This document shows, one piece after another, positions 36,501 to 47,900 of a stretch of 64,000 nt of DNA (the stretch's first letter is position 1; each line of letters begins with the position of its first letter). The position numbers and the translations under genes are program-made. Origin of the DNA: Saccostrea echinata (Eukaryota); contig NW_026889779.1 in assembly GCF_033153115.1 (NCBI RefSeq), forward strand, positions 3,472,001 to 3,536,000, written 5' to 3'. Below the pieces are notes generated by a model that was given only the letters and a program-made list of their open reading frames with translations, was not told where the DNA came from and searched no databases.

Positions 36501-36844
36501 GGACAGGTTTCGAGATAATTCATTATTACTGTTTACTCATCTCTGTCTACCTTGTTTTTACAAAGTCCATTTTTTTATCGAATAAATCCAATTAAACCAA
36601 AAGAAATAAATAAAAGTCAAATTTCTTCACTTTTCTTCGGGTTTATTATTTTTTTAACGATATTGCAATAGAGAAAATTCTGGCTAAGTAAAAAAAACAG
36701 TGAATTAATTAATTTAGTTATGATAGAGTTATATATTGTTTCTTGTAATATTGTTTGTGACTTACCTGCCAGAGACTTGGCCTTTTTAATTCTATTAAAC
36801 ATTACTAGAATGGTATCGACCTTCTTAGTGCAACCGGAAGCCAT
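33591..36844 (-). CDS. MRPS2: 28S ribosomal protein S2, mitochondrial (uS2m), about 304 aa, 3 exons
   Basis: Exons 36844-36766, 36443-36255 and 34237-33591; phases 1/1; 915 nt. uS2 motifs: RVHYGH, DIFDLDRT, GEYSHCRFWKSGLLTN, IPTVGVVDSNCNP, ITYPIPGNDDS. The last exon is secure; the first two are inferred from splice sites and phase. Confidence 0.9.
34287..34662. mobile_element. Crypton-like non-autonomous element with a long internal hairpin
   Basis: gacaatagcaagtttatcgt...cagcaactatttccc | gggaaatagttgctg...acgataaacttgctattgtc palindrome at about 34538-34640; the ends tattatacc / ggtgtataata are inverted. Superfamily assignment tentative. Confidence 0.5.
35243..35573 (+). mobile_element. 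tRNA-derived SINE copy in an MRPS2 intron
   Basis: Head ggtcacagtagcctagtggtagg (box A), body complementary to 8360-8685, (CAAT)n tail. Confidence 0.7.
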
Positions 36845-36983
36845 GCTCCTCAACCTTTAATTAATTCGGACGTAAAAACTTTCGATTAACATGTCAATTT
36901 TTTCCCCATGCTGCAATGTGTAAAAATAAATGCATATGTAGAAAACACCCAATTTGTTCTTATCTATTTCATTATTCATTTAT

Positions 36984-37531
36984 CAGGCACGTAGCATCGT
37001 TTTTGAAAGTGGGGAGGGGGGATTTTAACTTTTCTGAAAGACTTGACAAGCCAAAAAAAAAAAAAGGAAAATTTCCAAACTCGAAAATCCCTTTGCGTTT
37101 GGGGTGGGGGTAGACCCGTAGGGAGCAAGTTTAGTTTGGGGGGGGAGGGGGCACAGCCATACATTTTCAGTTGGGGGGCACTATCAACTACCAAATATTC
37201 CTTGACAAGCAAAAAAAAGGTCATCACACGTTTTATTGAGGGGACACAAGCTAGTAGTACAGCTATATTTTCTATAGTAGTCTATATATCGGCAAAATTA
37301 TTGGGGGGGGGGCGCCCCCCCCCCGTGCCCCCGGTTCCTACGGCCATGGGGGTGAGGGTGGTTAGGTTCCAACTTCTTTCAGTACTAAATTTTATCCATA
37401 CATTACTACATTCCCCTTATTCATCAAATAGTGAGGGGCCAACTGGTCTTCAATGAACATTTTCAATAGTAGAAAGTTATGTTTGGAAAAAAAGTGGGCG
37501 GGGGGGGGGGCTGCCCGATGCTACGTGCCTA
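36984..37531. mobile_element. MITE (AGGCACGTAGCATCG TIR) with a nested second MITE (37113-37347), upstream of MRPS2
   Basis: aggcacgtagcatcg at 36985 and cgatgctacgtgcct ending at 37530 form a perfect 15-bp inverted repeat. Confidence 0.7.
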
Positions 37532-38324
37532 TTTAGTGACAAAATATACTCTTTCTTTTCTGGAAGACTTTTGTAATAGTCCCCAGGGCACAATGACACT
37601 CTGTATTGATCAAACAGCTGTCAAAGAGCAAACCCAGAATATCCGGCATAGAGATAAAATGATGAAAATGGGAGACGACTGCTAATAAGGAACATTATAC
37701 CAAACACGTGGAATAGAGATAAATATGACACAGACTTTTCATCCCCCTTCCCTCCATTTAGGACAACAACCTTCTACCACAACTTCACTCCTACACTCCC
37801 AGTCGCTCTTCGTAATCTAGTATCTGATAAACTGACAATGGTTTTTGTTTTAATTTTTCGAAAAATATAATTTTATTTGAAATAAAGTAACTGAGAAATT
37901 AGGATGCACTGTAAATTTTATTCAAAAATCTTTTTTTCTTGAAGCCACTTCATGTAAATTACCGCCACGTCATACATGTTACAGATAACGAGACACATAT
38001 CGAACAATGTATAGTGTTTCTAGAATACTATATGAGACGCCTCAAATACATGTCCGCATGGAATAATATTGGACGTGTGTCTAATCATTTAAGAGATTTT
38101 ATCTTTAATTTCGAGTTAACATGCAAACTGATAATTGTGAATTGAATATTATTTAAAACTGGTTAATTGGATTTTATGTCTTTTTATAAATGAAATAAAG
38201 ACAGGTTGCACCTAGTCTTGCAAGGTCAAGTCGAGGTCAAATCGCACCTACACAATGTCTGTTAAGTTATCAAAGTGATTGGAGTGCCTAAGGTTTGGTA
38301 AAAGCAAATCTGAGAAAAGAGACA

Positions 38325-41300
38325 ATGAATAACGCATTACGGTTATGTGCAGTGTGTATCCTCTGGACACTTTCTGCAAAAGCTCAGACTGATTTAACCA
38401 GAGTCGCAGATAGTTATGGACCTTTGGTTGTTGAAACAACAGTCAAACTACTCCGTGATGCATGTTTAATTAATGACCACTTATTTCTTCGACGAATTGC
38501 CTCTTTTGAGACTAATGATGGCCTTGCTATTCTGCCGGGGGACCACGGTGGTATCTGGAAGGTAAACCATACGAAAAACCTTTCGCATCACACTGAATGA
38601 TTGACAGTCATTTTTTTTTTAAGAAATTGAATTTAAATTTTGAGAGCAAAATACCATGCTGGAAAATAAAAGCGGTCGGTAATTTATTTTACATGTACTC
38701 TGGATTATGAGATTTAAAGTACATGTATGTTAGAAATGTTTTCCAAAAGAATTTTGATTTAAATTTTGACACTAATACCGAAAAATTACGCATCGCACAA
38801 ACAAAATACGTAAACACAGTTTTCATGAATATTTATTATCGTACGAACTCGAATTATCACACTTGCAAACCTACCGACGAATATGTGAAACATGTTGGAA
38901 AAACATGTTTTTATTCGTGTCTCTTGTAACATTTTTAATTTTCTTTCACAACTGAAATTTATTTCTGTGAACAATATTCCGTTCAAGCGTATATATATGG
39001 TTTTGATGCTTTTTAAAGCTAGAAAATTCTATTTAATTCATTTGATTTCTCCTTTTCCAATGATTCATTGAGATCTGAGGTTCTAAATTCCGTAACCATC
39101 AGGAATCGAAATAAATTTGGCTTACATGAAAAAAGAAATGCATTTGTGTGAGCTATTTGGTTCTATCAGTAGTTTCGGACCACATCACTTTAAGGTCATA
39201 GGATATTCAAAATCGGGAGAAAGTAGTATTTTACTATAGCTACTTATAACTTGTTGTGTTTAGACTCAAACTGATTTGTTTCAAAATAAAAGTAAGGCTA
39301 AATTTTATGTGTTTTTAGGGGAAATAAATTTTTCTCATGATTTTAAATTTCAATATACGCGTAGATATAGAAGTATAGATTTGGGGAGAGTGCAAAAATA
39401 AGTGTGGCTTGACAGGAAAACTTCGTTATAAATACTAGTATGTGTTTTAGCAATAATAAAGCCTTCGTGTACTAACTATTTTATATATTTCTTAGTAGAA
39501 ATATATGTCTTTGAGTATTTTTGTACATAACGAGGTGTCAATATAGCTCTGATTTATATATAGGTGGATGAGGAAATGTTTAACTATACCCAGTCGGGAA
39601 CGCCCAATTTGCAAAACATTTACAAAGAGGTGTTCAGAACCCTGTTTGTGGTATGGAAAGGAATAACATGGAAAGAATTGAATAAACCCTTATATTCCGG
39701 ACTTGCTGCTGCAATTTATCTCAGAGCAAAAACCAACGAAACTATGCCCCTTTCAAAACCAGACCAAGCAAAATTTTGGAAGAAGTACTTTCGAACAAAT
39801 GGAAACGAACAAGCTTTTCTAACAGCAATGCAGGCAATGCCTGAAGGTAATTATAACTATTTTTATTTCTAATGCGTATTTTCAAAGATTACACAGTCTG
39901 ATTAACTTCCGGCGAATACCGGGGGTGACTACAGTTTTGTACTCGGTCAGTCGGTCAGTTAGTTGAACATTTTTTTTTTTTTTGAGATGCTTGCAGATGT
40001 TGAACTAATTTTTGGTACATGTATGTGGGTTACCTTAACTCACGACCTTCTGTAGATATCCATAATGATATTTTTTCNNNNNNNNNNNNNNNNNNNNNNN
40101 NNNNNNNNNNNNNNNNNNNNNNNNNNNNNNNNNNNNNNNNNNNNNNNNNNNNNNNNNNNNNNNNNNNNNNNNNNNNNNNNNNNNNNNNNNNNNNNNNNNN
40201 NNNNNCTCGGTATTGCATTTTCAGTACTCTCAAATTGCTAGTTTGATTGTTGATATTACATGTACAATATAATTTTCTGAGATATATTTTTTTCCGCAGG
40301 TTGCAGCGTCCCTACACAAGTAGATCTTACCTTCATTGTTGAGACGTCTACTAATGTTAAATCCGCAGAGCTGAGACAGACAAAAGACTTCATCAACAGG
40401 ATCGTAAACGGTTTAGTTGTTTCTAGTTCGAAGGTTCAACTTGCTATGGTTACATATGGAAGTCAGGCAAACATTTTATTTCATTTGAATGCCTACTCAA
40501 ACAAAATAGACGTGGTTTCTAACATTGATTCCATGCCTTTGAGCGGGGGATTGGTTGCTACAAATAAAGCCTTAAAACTAACGAGAGAAGAAGTATTCGT
40601 GGCCAAAAATGGTGCCAGAGCTGGTGCTGCACAAGTAGCGATCCTCATTACCAAAAGTCCGCCAGACAACAAGACGGAAACCGAAATCGAGTCCTCTATC
40701 CTAACCGGAAGTGATGTAACGCTATTCACCATCGCAATTGGTTCAGCCCTTAATTCAAATGATCTGGTTAACATCAGCAGCCAACCTAACTGTGTTCATT
40801 ATACTCACATAGACAATTTCTTGGATTTGCAAGACTTTGCTGCTGAAATGGATGAAGTTATATGTCGAGGTAATTATTTGACAAATATATATTTAGAAAA
40901 TTTCGAAAACCGTACTACTTGTAGAAAGTAAACATTTATAGATCAACAAGAAAACTTTTCTTAAACTGTTTTAATTCTTAACCAAATTACTCTCCATGAT
41001 TAAGTTATTTGTTCATTATCCAGCTATTATAAAGACCAAATCTTCATAAGTTTGGTATGCATTTAGCGCCAGTCAAATTGTCAAATGGAAGATTTACCCA
41101 TCCATGCAATGTGGATGCCTTACTTTCCATACCTGACAATCCTTACGGTACCACGATTAAGGTAAGAGCTCAAGATTAATACGCAATTCAAAAATGTAGG
41201 AAACTTGCACGTAATAACTTTACAAGGCCAATCCAAAATACAGTCGTTCAAGACTCTTAGTAAAGAATGATACAAACATGTCCATGACTTTTTATCAGAT

Positions 41301-44152
41301 AAGCCTGGTTCAAGTACCAAGGAATATGCTTACCCTTTAACATTTTGCACAGTGTCTCTACAATGTTACATAACATTTGGTTTGTTTTCTTACAACTTGT
41401 TTTCAAGACTCTGAAGTACATGTTAACTTTTGAATGATTGTGTCACCTAGTAATACAGTCTAATTCGTACTTCAAAAACAACACTGCACCAAAATTTTTG
41501 AAGTATGACTTAAAGTTAAATTGCATGTTGTTATAATTTCAATGAAGAGCCGCATGTAAGGGGTAATGTTACATGTATTGAAAAAAAAAAACAGCGCATG
41601 GTTAACATAGTAAACACTTCATGTTAATAAATGTAACGATGATGTGTAGTGTATGAATACTGACCTACCTCGTGTTGCTAATATAAGATTTTTAAACTGA
41701 AAGAATGGATCTTGTATATCACAGGAGTTGGGAGTACCTATTATTTTTATCAGCATTTTCAGTAAATTAAAAAAAAGTAATACATGTTCAATTGTAAAAT
41801 ATTTAATGTTTTTAATCATAGGTATTACGTATTATTTTCTTTTCTGAAAACTTCGATAAATTTGATAGGTACCCACACTTCTTTGTTTTATATACAGATT
41901 TCAGTTGGCTCTGGATCAAGGACAGTTTATACTTCGTACATGTTTGGACTACCGAACACGGCTAAGAATGACCTAGCCTCCACAGTAGATAACCTCAGTC
42001 CTCTGACCTTGTATCTCCATGACAACAACCCCAGTTACTACATCAGTCTGAAAAGTGTTCTAGGATTGAATTGTATGGATAACTATACAGTTGATGTTCA
42101 TGTGGGACCACCGAGCTCAGTATGTAGGTACCACCTTAAAACAATTTGAACAGTAGATATTGCAATTTACAAATATTAGATAAATTCTGCCCTGCTGTTG
42201 AATATAAAGATGGCATACTGCACAAATTCTCAACAGTTCATTTAATATATGTATATCATTGATTTAAATTTGACAAAATACATGAAGTAAATTTTGATTA
42301 TGCATAATTCTAACTAATTTCAACCTTTATTGTAGCGCCTGGAACTTTTTGCGTAGAGCGAGGGATCAAAACAGATTGTTCTAATGTAACAATGAACTCA
42401 ACACCAGCGACATCCGCAACCCCAGCTACCTCTGCAACCCCAGCAACCTCCACAATATCAGTACCTGCAACAGCAGCAGTACCTTCCACACCTGTTGTAA
42501 CCACAGCAAGTACATGTAAGTATGAAAAAAGATAAAGAATCAAAGTACCAAACCTGTATTCTTATTTTTTATGTGATTATTTTTCTCCATCTTGCCAGCA
42601 TCTGCACCGTTTTGCCACCTTGTCTCATAAAAAAGAGACCATATTTAGAGGTATTTTAAAAATCTATGATTTTGCACATAAAAACCCCCAGAAAAAAAAC
42701 AGTCTTTTAAGCATAAAAACGATCAAGTTCAAAAATGATCTCGTGTACCATAATTTAAAAAAACCTCAAAATTATTAGGTGACCACTTTGTCTTCCACTG
42801 AGAGTCTTGGATACAAACATGTACGTGTAATTCATAGTTACATCATTTTTTCCAAGATGGTTTTCAATGAGATATTGCATATCAATATCATATTGAGGAT
42901 TTCTGACAAACAATTGTTCATTTTGGGACAAATCTTATATCATGCAAGAGGTCACTTGTATAACAGGATATCAGTATAACAGGATATCTGTCAGGGAAAA
43001 GTATGTGTTTGAGAATTTAAAATGATGTAGCGACTTATTATTTCCATACATTGCATATGAATAGATCTACTCTCTTAGAATTTATAATCAACGTTTTGCG
43101 AACTTTCGACTATAGAACATGTACTATTGGAACGGACATAATCACTTGAATCTAACACTTAAAACAACTTTAGTTATTCTGGACTGGGCATAACAAACCA
43201 AAATTTGCGTTTTGACTTTTTTCACTAAGTGATTCTAGCAAGGTTTCAGACTCCTATTTTTCTTGTTATCGTGTCATTTGTAGATCAGACGACCCCGAAT
43301 ATTTGTGTCGGGAACATAAAAGTCGCCCAACACCCCAATGACCCAACCAAATTCCTGATGTGTGATATTAAAGGCCAGCTTCTTACAGTTCAGTGTCCAC
43401 ATAAGGAGATATTTTGCGCTGCCACAAATCTCTGCGAGGCACATTGCCCTACGACAACTACAATCAGCCAATCAGCAACAACTCCTATTGTGCCGTCTAC
43501 GTCATTGGTACCAGCTACAAACTCCACAACGCCCAGGAAACCTATCATCATAATAGTTTTTACCACTGGTCCCCCGGTGATCGTGGGTTCGAGAACAGCA
43601 CCCGCAGCCTCCGCGACAACCACTATTCCCGCCCCAAAGACGACTTTTACGAGTACACCTGTTGGAACAACACAACGCATTCCCACTACCACAACATTAC
43701 AAAAGGTTATATCAACGAATACTGCATCAACAACAACTCATCGAGCAACAACAAATCAAAACTGTCACCAAAACCCATGCACAGTACATGCTTTCATGAA
43801 TAGCATTTTGTATTTCCCCGCATGTGATGAACACGAATATTATCAATGTTTGGGAATAAATTCTAAGAAAACAGTACGATGTCCATCAGACAAAATTTTC
43901 AATCCTGATATATTGAATTGTGTGAATGAATTCGTTTTTAACGAAGAAACTCAAACTTTTGATAAAACTATTCCAAATCCATGCAAAAATACACGAGGAG
44001 ATAGATATTTTGTTCATCCTACTGACAAGTCCAAATTCATTCACTGTGACGGGTTTTGGAATGGCTTTATGAGAACATGCCCATCTGGTGAAATATTTCA
44101 TGAAATGGCACAGTCCTGTATAATGATTATTAGCTCAGCTTTTGGAAAATAA
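38325..44152 (+). CDS. Secreted multidomain protein A: lysozyme-like N-domain, VWA, unknown beta domain, Thr-rich mucin stretches, 3 chitin-binding (CBM14-like) domains; about 819 aa
   Basis: Exons 38325-38561, 39564-39846, 40300-40869, 41067-41161, 41898-42123, 42336-42515 and 43284-44152 (2460 nt, phases consistent). Signal peptide; VWA DLTFIVETSTN...GARAGAAQVAILIT...LFTIAIG; C-terminal HPxD..F..C...CP...F...C repeats. Confidence 0.85.
40078..40205. other. Assembly gap (128 N) in intron 2 of gene A
   Basis: Run of N. Confidence 1.
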
Positions 44153-44949
44153 AAGATTCCATTGAGGGGATTTTTGCAGCAAAACGTGAACACTTTCATG
44201 AAGACTTTCATTAATATATACAGTATACATGTTTTGAGATGTAAGCTATTAAATTAAATAAATGATCTACAAAAGTTGACATCGAAATTATTTTTGTTTG
44301 TTTTTTTCTTGTTTCTGTTTTTTTTTTTTTTTTTTTTTTTCTCGAAGAGTTCTTTTTCTGAAAGAAAATGACGGGCCACACATCTATGATTCGAAGCATT
44401 GACACCCACGCAATATCCTTGTGATAATTCCTGTATTCATTTATCATGATACTATTTACTACAAAATTACTAATGCACAGTCTTAATTGGTTATATGTTA
44501 CAACTAAGTGAGTGTTTTCTAAGTAGATGGACTGCAAACATTAAGTTTTGAATTTATTATGTCATTTAAGTTTAACGTAAGCTGAACAAGGATTATCAAA
44601 GACTTTTTGGAGTCATTTTTGAAACAATATTTATTTAAACAAGATTAGATAAATACACATTTATATAGATACGATAGTGAACTGCCGAATGAGAATACCA
44701 TAAACTAAGGTGGTTGCAGTGGATTTCTCTGGCGCACACCAAGGTGTTGTTATTTACTTTTGGGCTGTGCCTAGTGAAAATGAAATTATCAATTTTTGTA
44801 ATAGATCTTTGTTTGACAATTGATAACGTATTAATACCCTCCTTCAAGAGTATTTAATGCTGAGTTGTTCGTATCTAACAGCTTTGGCTCAGTTTCCCAT
44901 GGTGAAAACTTATTCCACTACGCTGTGCATGAAATAAAAACTAAACAAA

Positions 44950-47900
44950 ATGAGGACTCTAGTTATATTATTGAGTGTGTCAGTTTTAGGTATTTTTGGA
45001 CAATTCACCGACAAAACGCGTACTCCTGGCGCAAAAGGTTCAGATGTTGTTGAGGCAGTAGTTAATTTAATAAAAAATTCTTGCATTTTCCCAAATGATC
45101 GAATGTATTTGAGAAGACTCGCCTATGTGGAGACACAAGACGGACTCAATCCAAATACTTATAGAATAGGATACAATGGAGGAATCTGGCAGGTAATGTT
45201 GTGTTATATTATCTCTCACAAAGTAGCTTAAAGAACTGTAAATTCATTTGAAACATTAAGCTTTAAAACAATAACTTTGTAAAATCTATTTAGATTTTAA
45301 ACCAATATATGTTCAGTTAAACAGATTTGAATCTGGAGATTGAACCAATGACAAAGTTGACAACGACTCGATACCGTTATCAAAATTTTAAACTCTGCAC
45401 AAAGATCCGTATTTCAAACTTCCATCATCCGAGAGATCGGAGATAGAAATTAATATGACGGAGAGGATACTTTGCTTAAATTAATAATTTACTGTTCATA
45501 TTTTGATTACAAAATAGAAATAATACAATAAAAACAGCGAATTGATAAGATATAGAACTATTTTAATCTTTTTTAATAAACTGTTCATAAAAAGCTGCGA
45601 ATTTCATGAGAAACAAAATTTTACACAAAAGAGTAAATGATACTGTAGCATGGTTTTTGTATTTTTTACTTGAGGTTGACGAGGCTCAGTTCAGACTCAC
45701 ACAAATATCAAGTACACTCAACAATGAAAAGCAAATGCTGAAAAAACTAGGCATCGACTGGTCCAATGTTTCATGGGCGGATCTAAGAAAACCACTGTTC
45801 TCAGGATTGGCAGCTGCCATGTATGCAACGATTCAGGCTGGAACCGGAGGAATTCCTGTTGGTATAGAGTACCAGTCCGTCTTCTGGAAGAATACAACCA
45901 GACCCACAAAAGAAGTCAATGTGTTCTACAAAGGAGCCCAAGATTTGAAGACGGGTGAGATACTAGTATTATATGCACTGTTTTTAAAGAAGTTGAAAAT
46001 AAGACACTATGTTATACTTAAAAGTGAACATTAGACAGTAATTGAAGGAGTATGAGGGCAACATGGACCTAATAACACAAACATGTTGCCCGAAGCCAAA
46101 ATCCAACAAATGATATTTTGCCCTTAATCACAGCCACTAATTTTTTTATGCAATAATTGCTCGTGTAGTGAATTTATAACGAAAGGATACCTCGCGCGCA
46201 TGTTCTTCGAATACTGTAAACCAACTTTTATTCGCGACATCTTTTATTCGCGATTCTTCAGTTAAGAATCCAGCCGCGACTACTAATTTTCGCGACTGAG
46301 CCAACATTCTACATAGATACAAAGGTGTATAATTGGTTAGCGACGATAATACTCGCGAGTAAAAGAAGATCGCGAAACTCGCGAATTTTTCTCGTTCGCT
46401 AATACAAGTTCGTTTACAGTATTTTGTAAACGCCAGAAATTAAGAAAGAAAGCGGTGCAATACTTTAAATGTTGGATCGTTGTAAGTTGTAGTACCTGTC
46501 AAATATCAATATTTTGGATCACTCTCCTCAACATCTGGTTTATTGGAGTTATTGTCTTAAGTATTCGTAAATCGAAATATTTATAAGGGAATAACAATGA
46601 AAGGTGTATAGAGAACACGTTTTTTTAAAATTACGATATCGGATATAGTGCTGTTTCAATCTCGGTTACCTTTCTTTTGCCCCATGCTAAATGATTTGGT
46701 CGACTTGCAGGTTGCTCACAGAAGGATAATCTGGACTTAGCTTTTATTGTCGATGCCTCCTCATCTTTATCATCACTTGACTTTACAAACACTACAATGT
46801 TTGTAAGAAATGTTATCAATAAGTTCAACATTGGTTTCAACGAAACTAGGGTTTCCCTCATTAAATACAGGTAATTACTTGAAATTTGATAAAAGCTATA
46901 TGCCGTTCAGGAATATCTTCCATTTCATTCTTAATGACTTATTGTTTTTTATCATTATCTCAGCACTTCGGTTACAGAAGAGTTCAAACTGAATACGTAC
47001 GATTCGAACGCCGCCGTAGATAAGGCAGTGTCGGGAGTTCGTTTCAATGGCGGCGGTACCAAGACAGACGCAGCAATCCAGTATGCAGTGGACAACATTT
47101 TCCCGGTGGCAGATGGTGGACGTTTGGGGTCAGTAAAGGTATGACTTCCCATAACTCCCTATATCAACATTGAATACAAATCCTTCAGGTTTCGACATGT
47201 ACATCAAGTCTTTAACTTCAATTTACCGGTGATTTATTTTTTTCTTTCTTGGAAATTACTAATTGAAAGTACAATGAAATATATATATCATAAACAAGTC
47301 CATATAATTATATTTGTTACCATCATATAATGCGATTTAACTATATTTTAACTATATATAAAGATTTAACCTTTATATTTTATGTTGTTTCTATAGGTTA
47401 TTGTATTGATCACAGATGGACGATCAGAGAACAAAATTAAAACATTGACGGCTGCAGAAAATGCCAAAAAGAACGGCATTACTATTTTCACTATTGGAGT
47501 TACACCACAAGTGGATTCGGTTTGTACAAAATAGAGTGAAACATCTTCTCGCTCACTTTAACCCAATTTTTTACTCTTTAAATTTTGTTTGGTTAATGAT
47601 GCTACAAATGTAGTACATCTGAATAAGTGCAAAAATTTATCATACCTTCCACCTACAGACAGAACTTAATGGTATTGCAAGTCAGCCGACCTGTACCCAC
47701 GTAGAACTCCTCAACAATTTCAATGATTTAGACTCTCTGACAGCAGAAATTGAACAAGTTTCATGTACAGGTATATCACATATATAAATTTCTCATATAT
47801 GGTGGCAATTTTACCTTGATTTTATCTGTAAAAAACGTTTTTTTAAACAAATATCCTTTTCATTAAAAAAAAAATCAGTATTGAACAAATTGTTAATGTT

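Noticed and set aside
37043-37456. 137-aa Gly/Pro-rich ORF
   Set aside because: Read-through of poly-G/C MITE sequence.
43274-44101. Overlapping ORFs in other frames of gene A's last exon (likewise 49403-49867 in gene B)
   Set aside because: Shadow frames of Thr/Pro-rich coding sequence.
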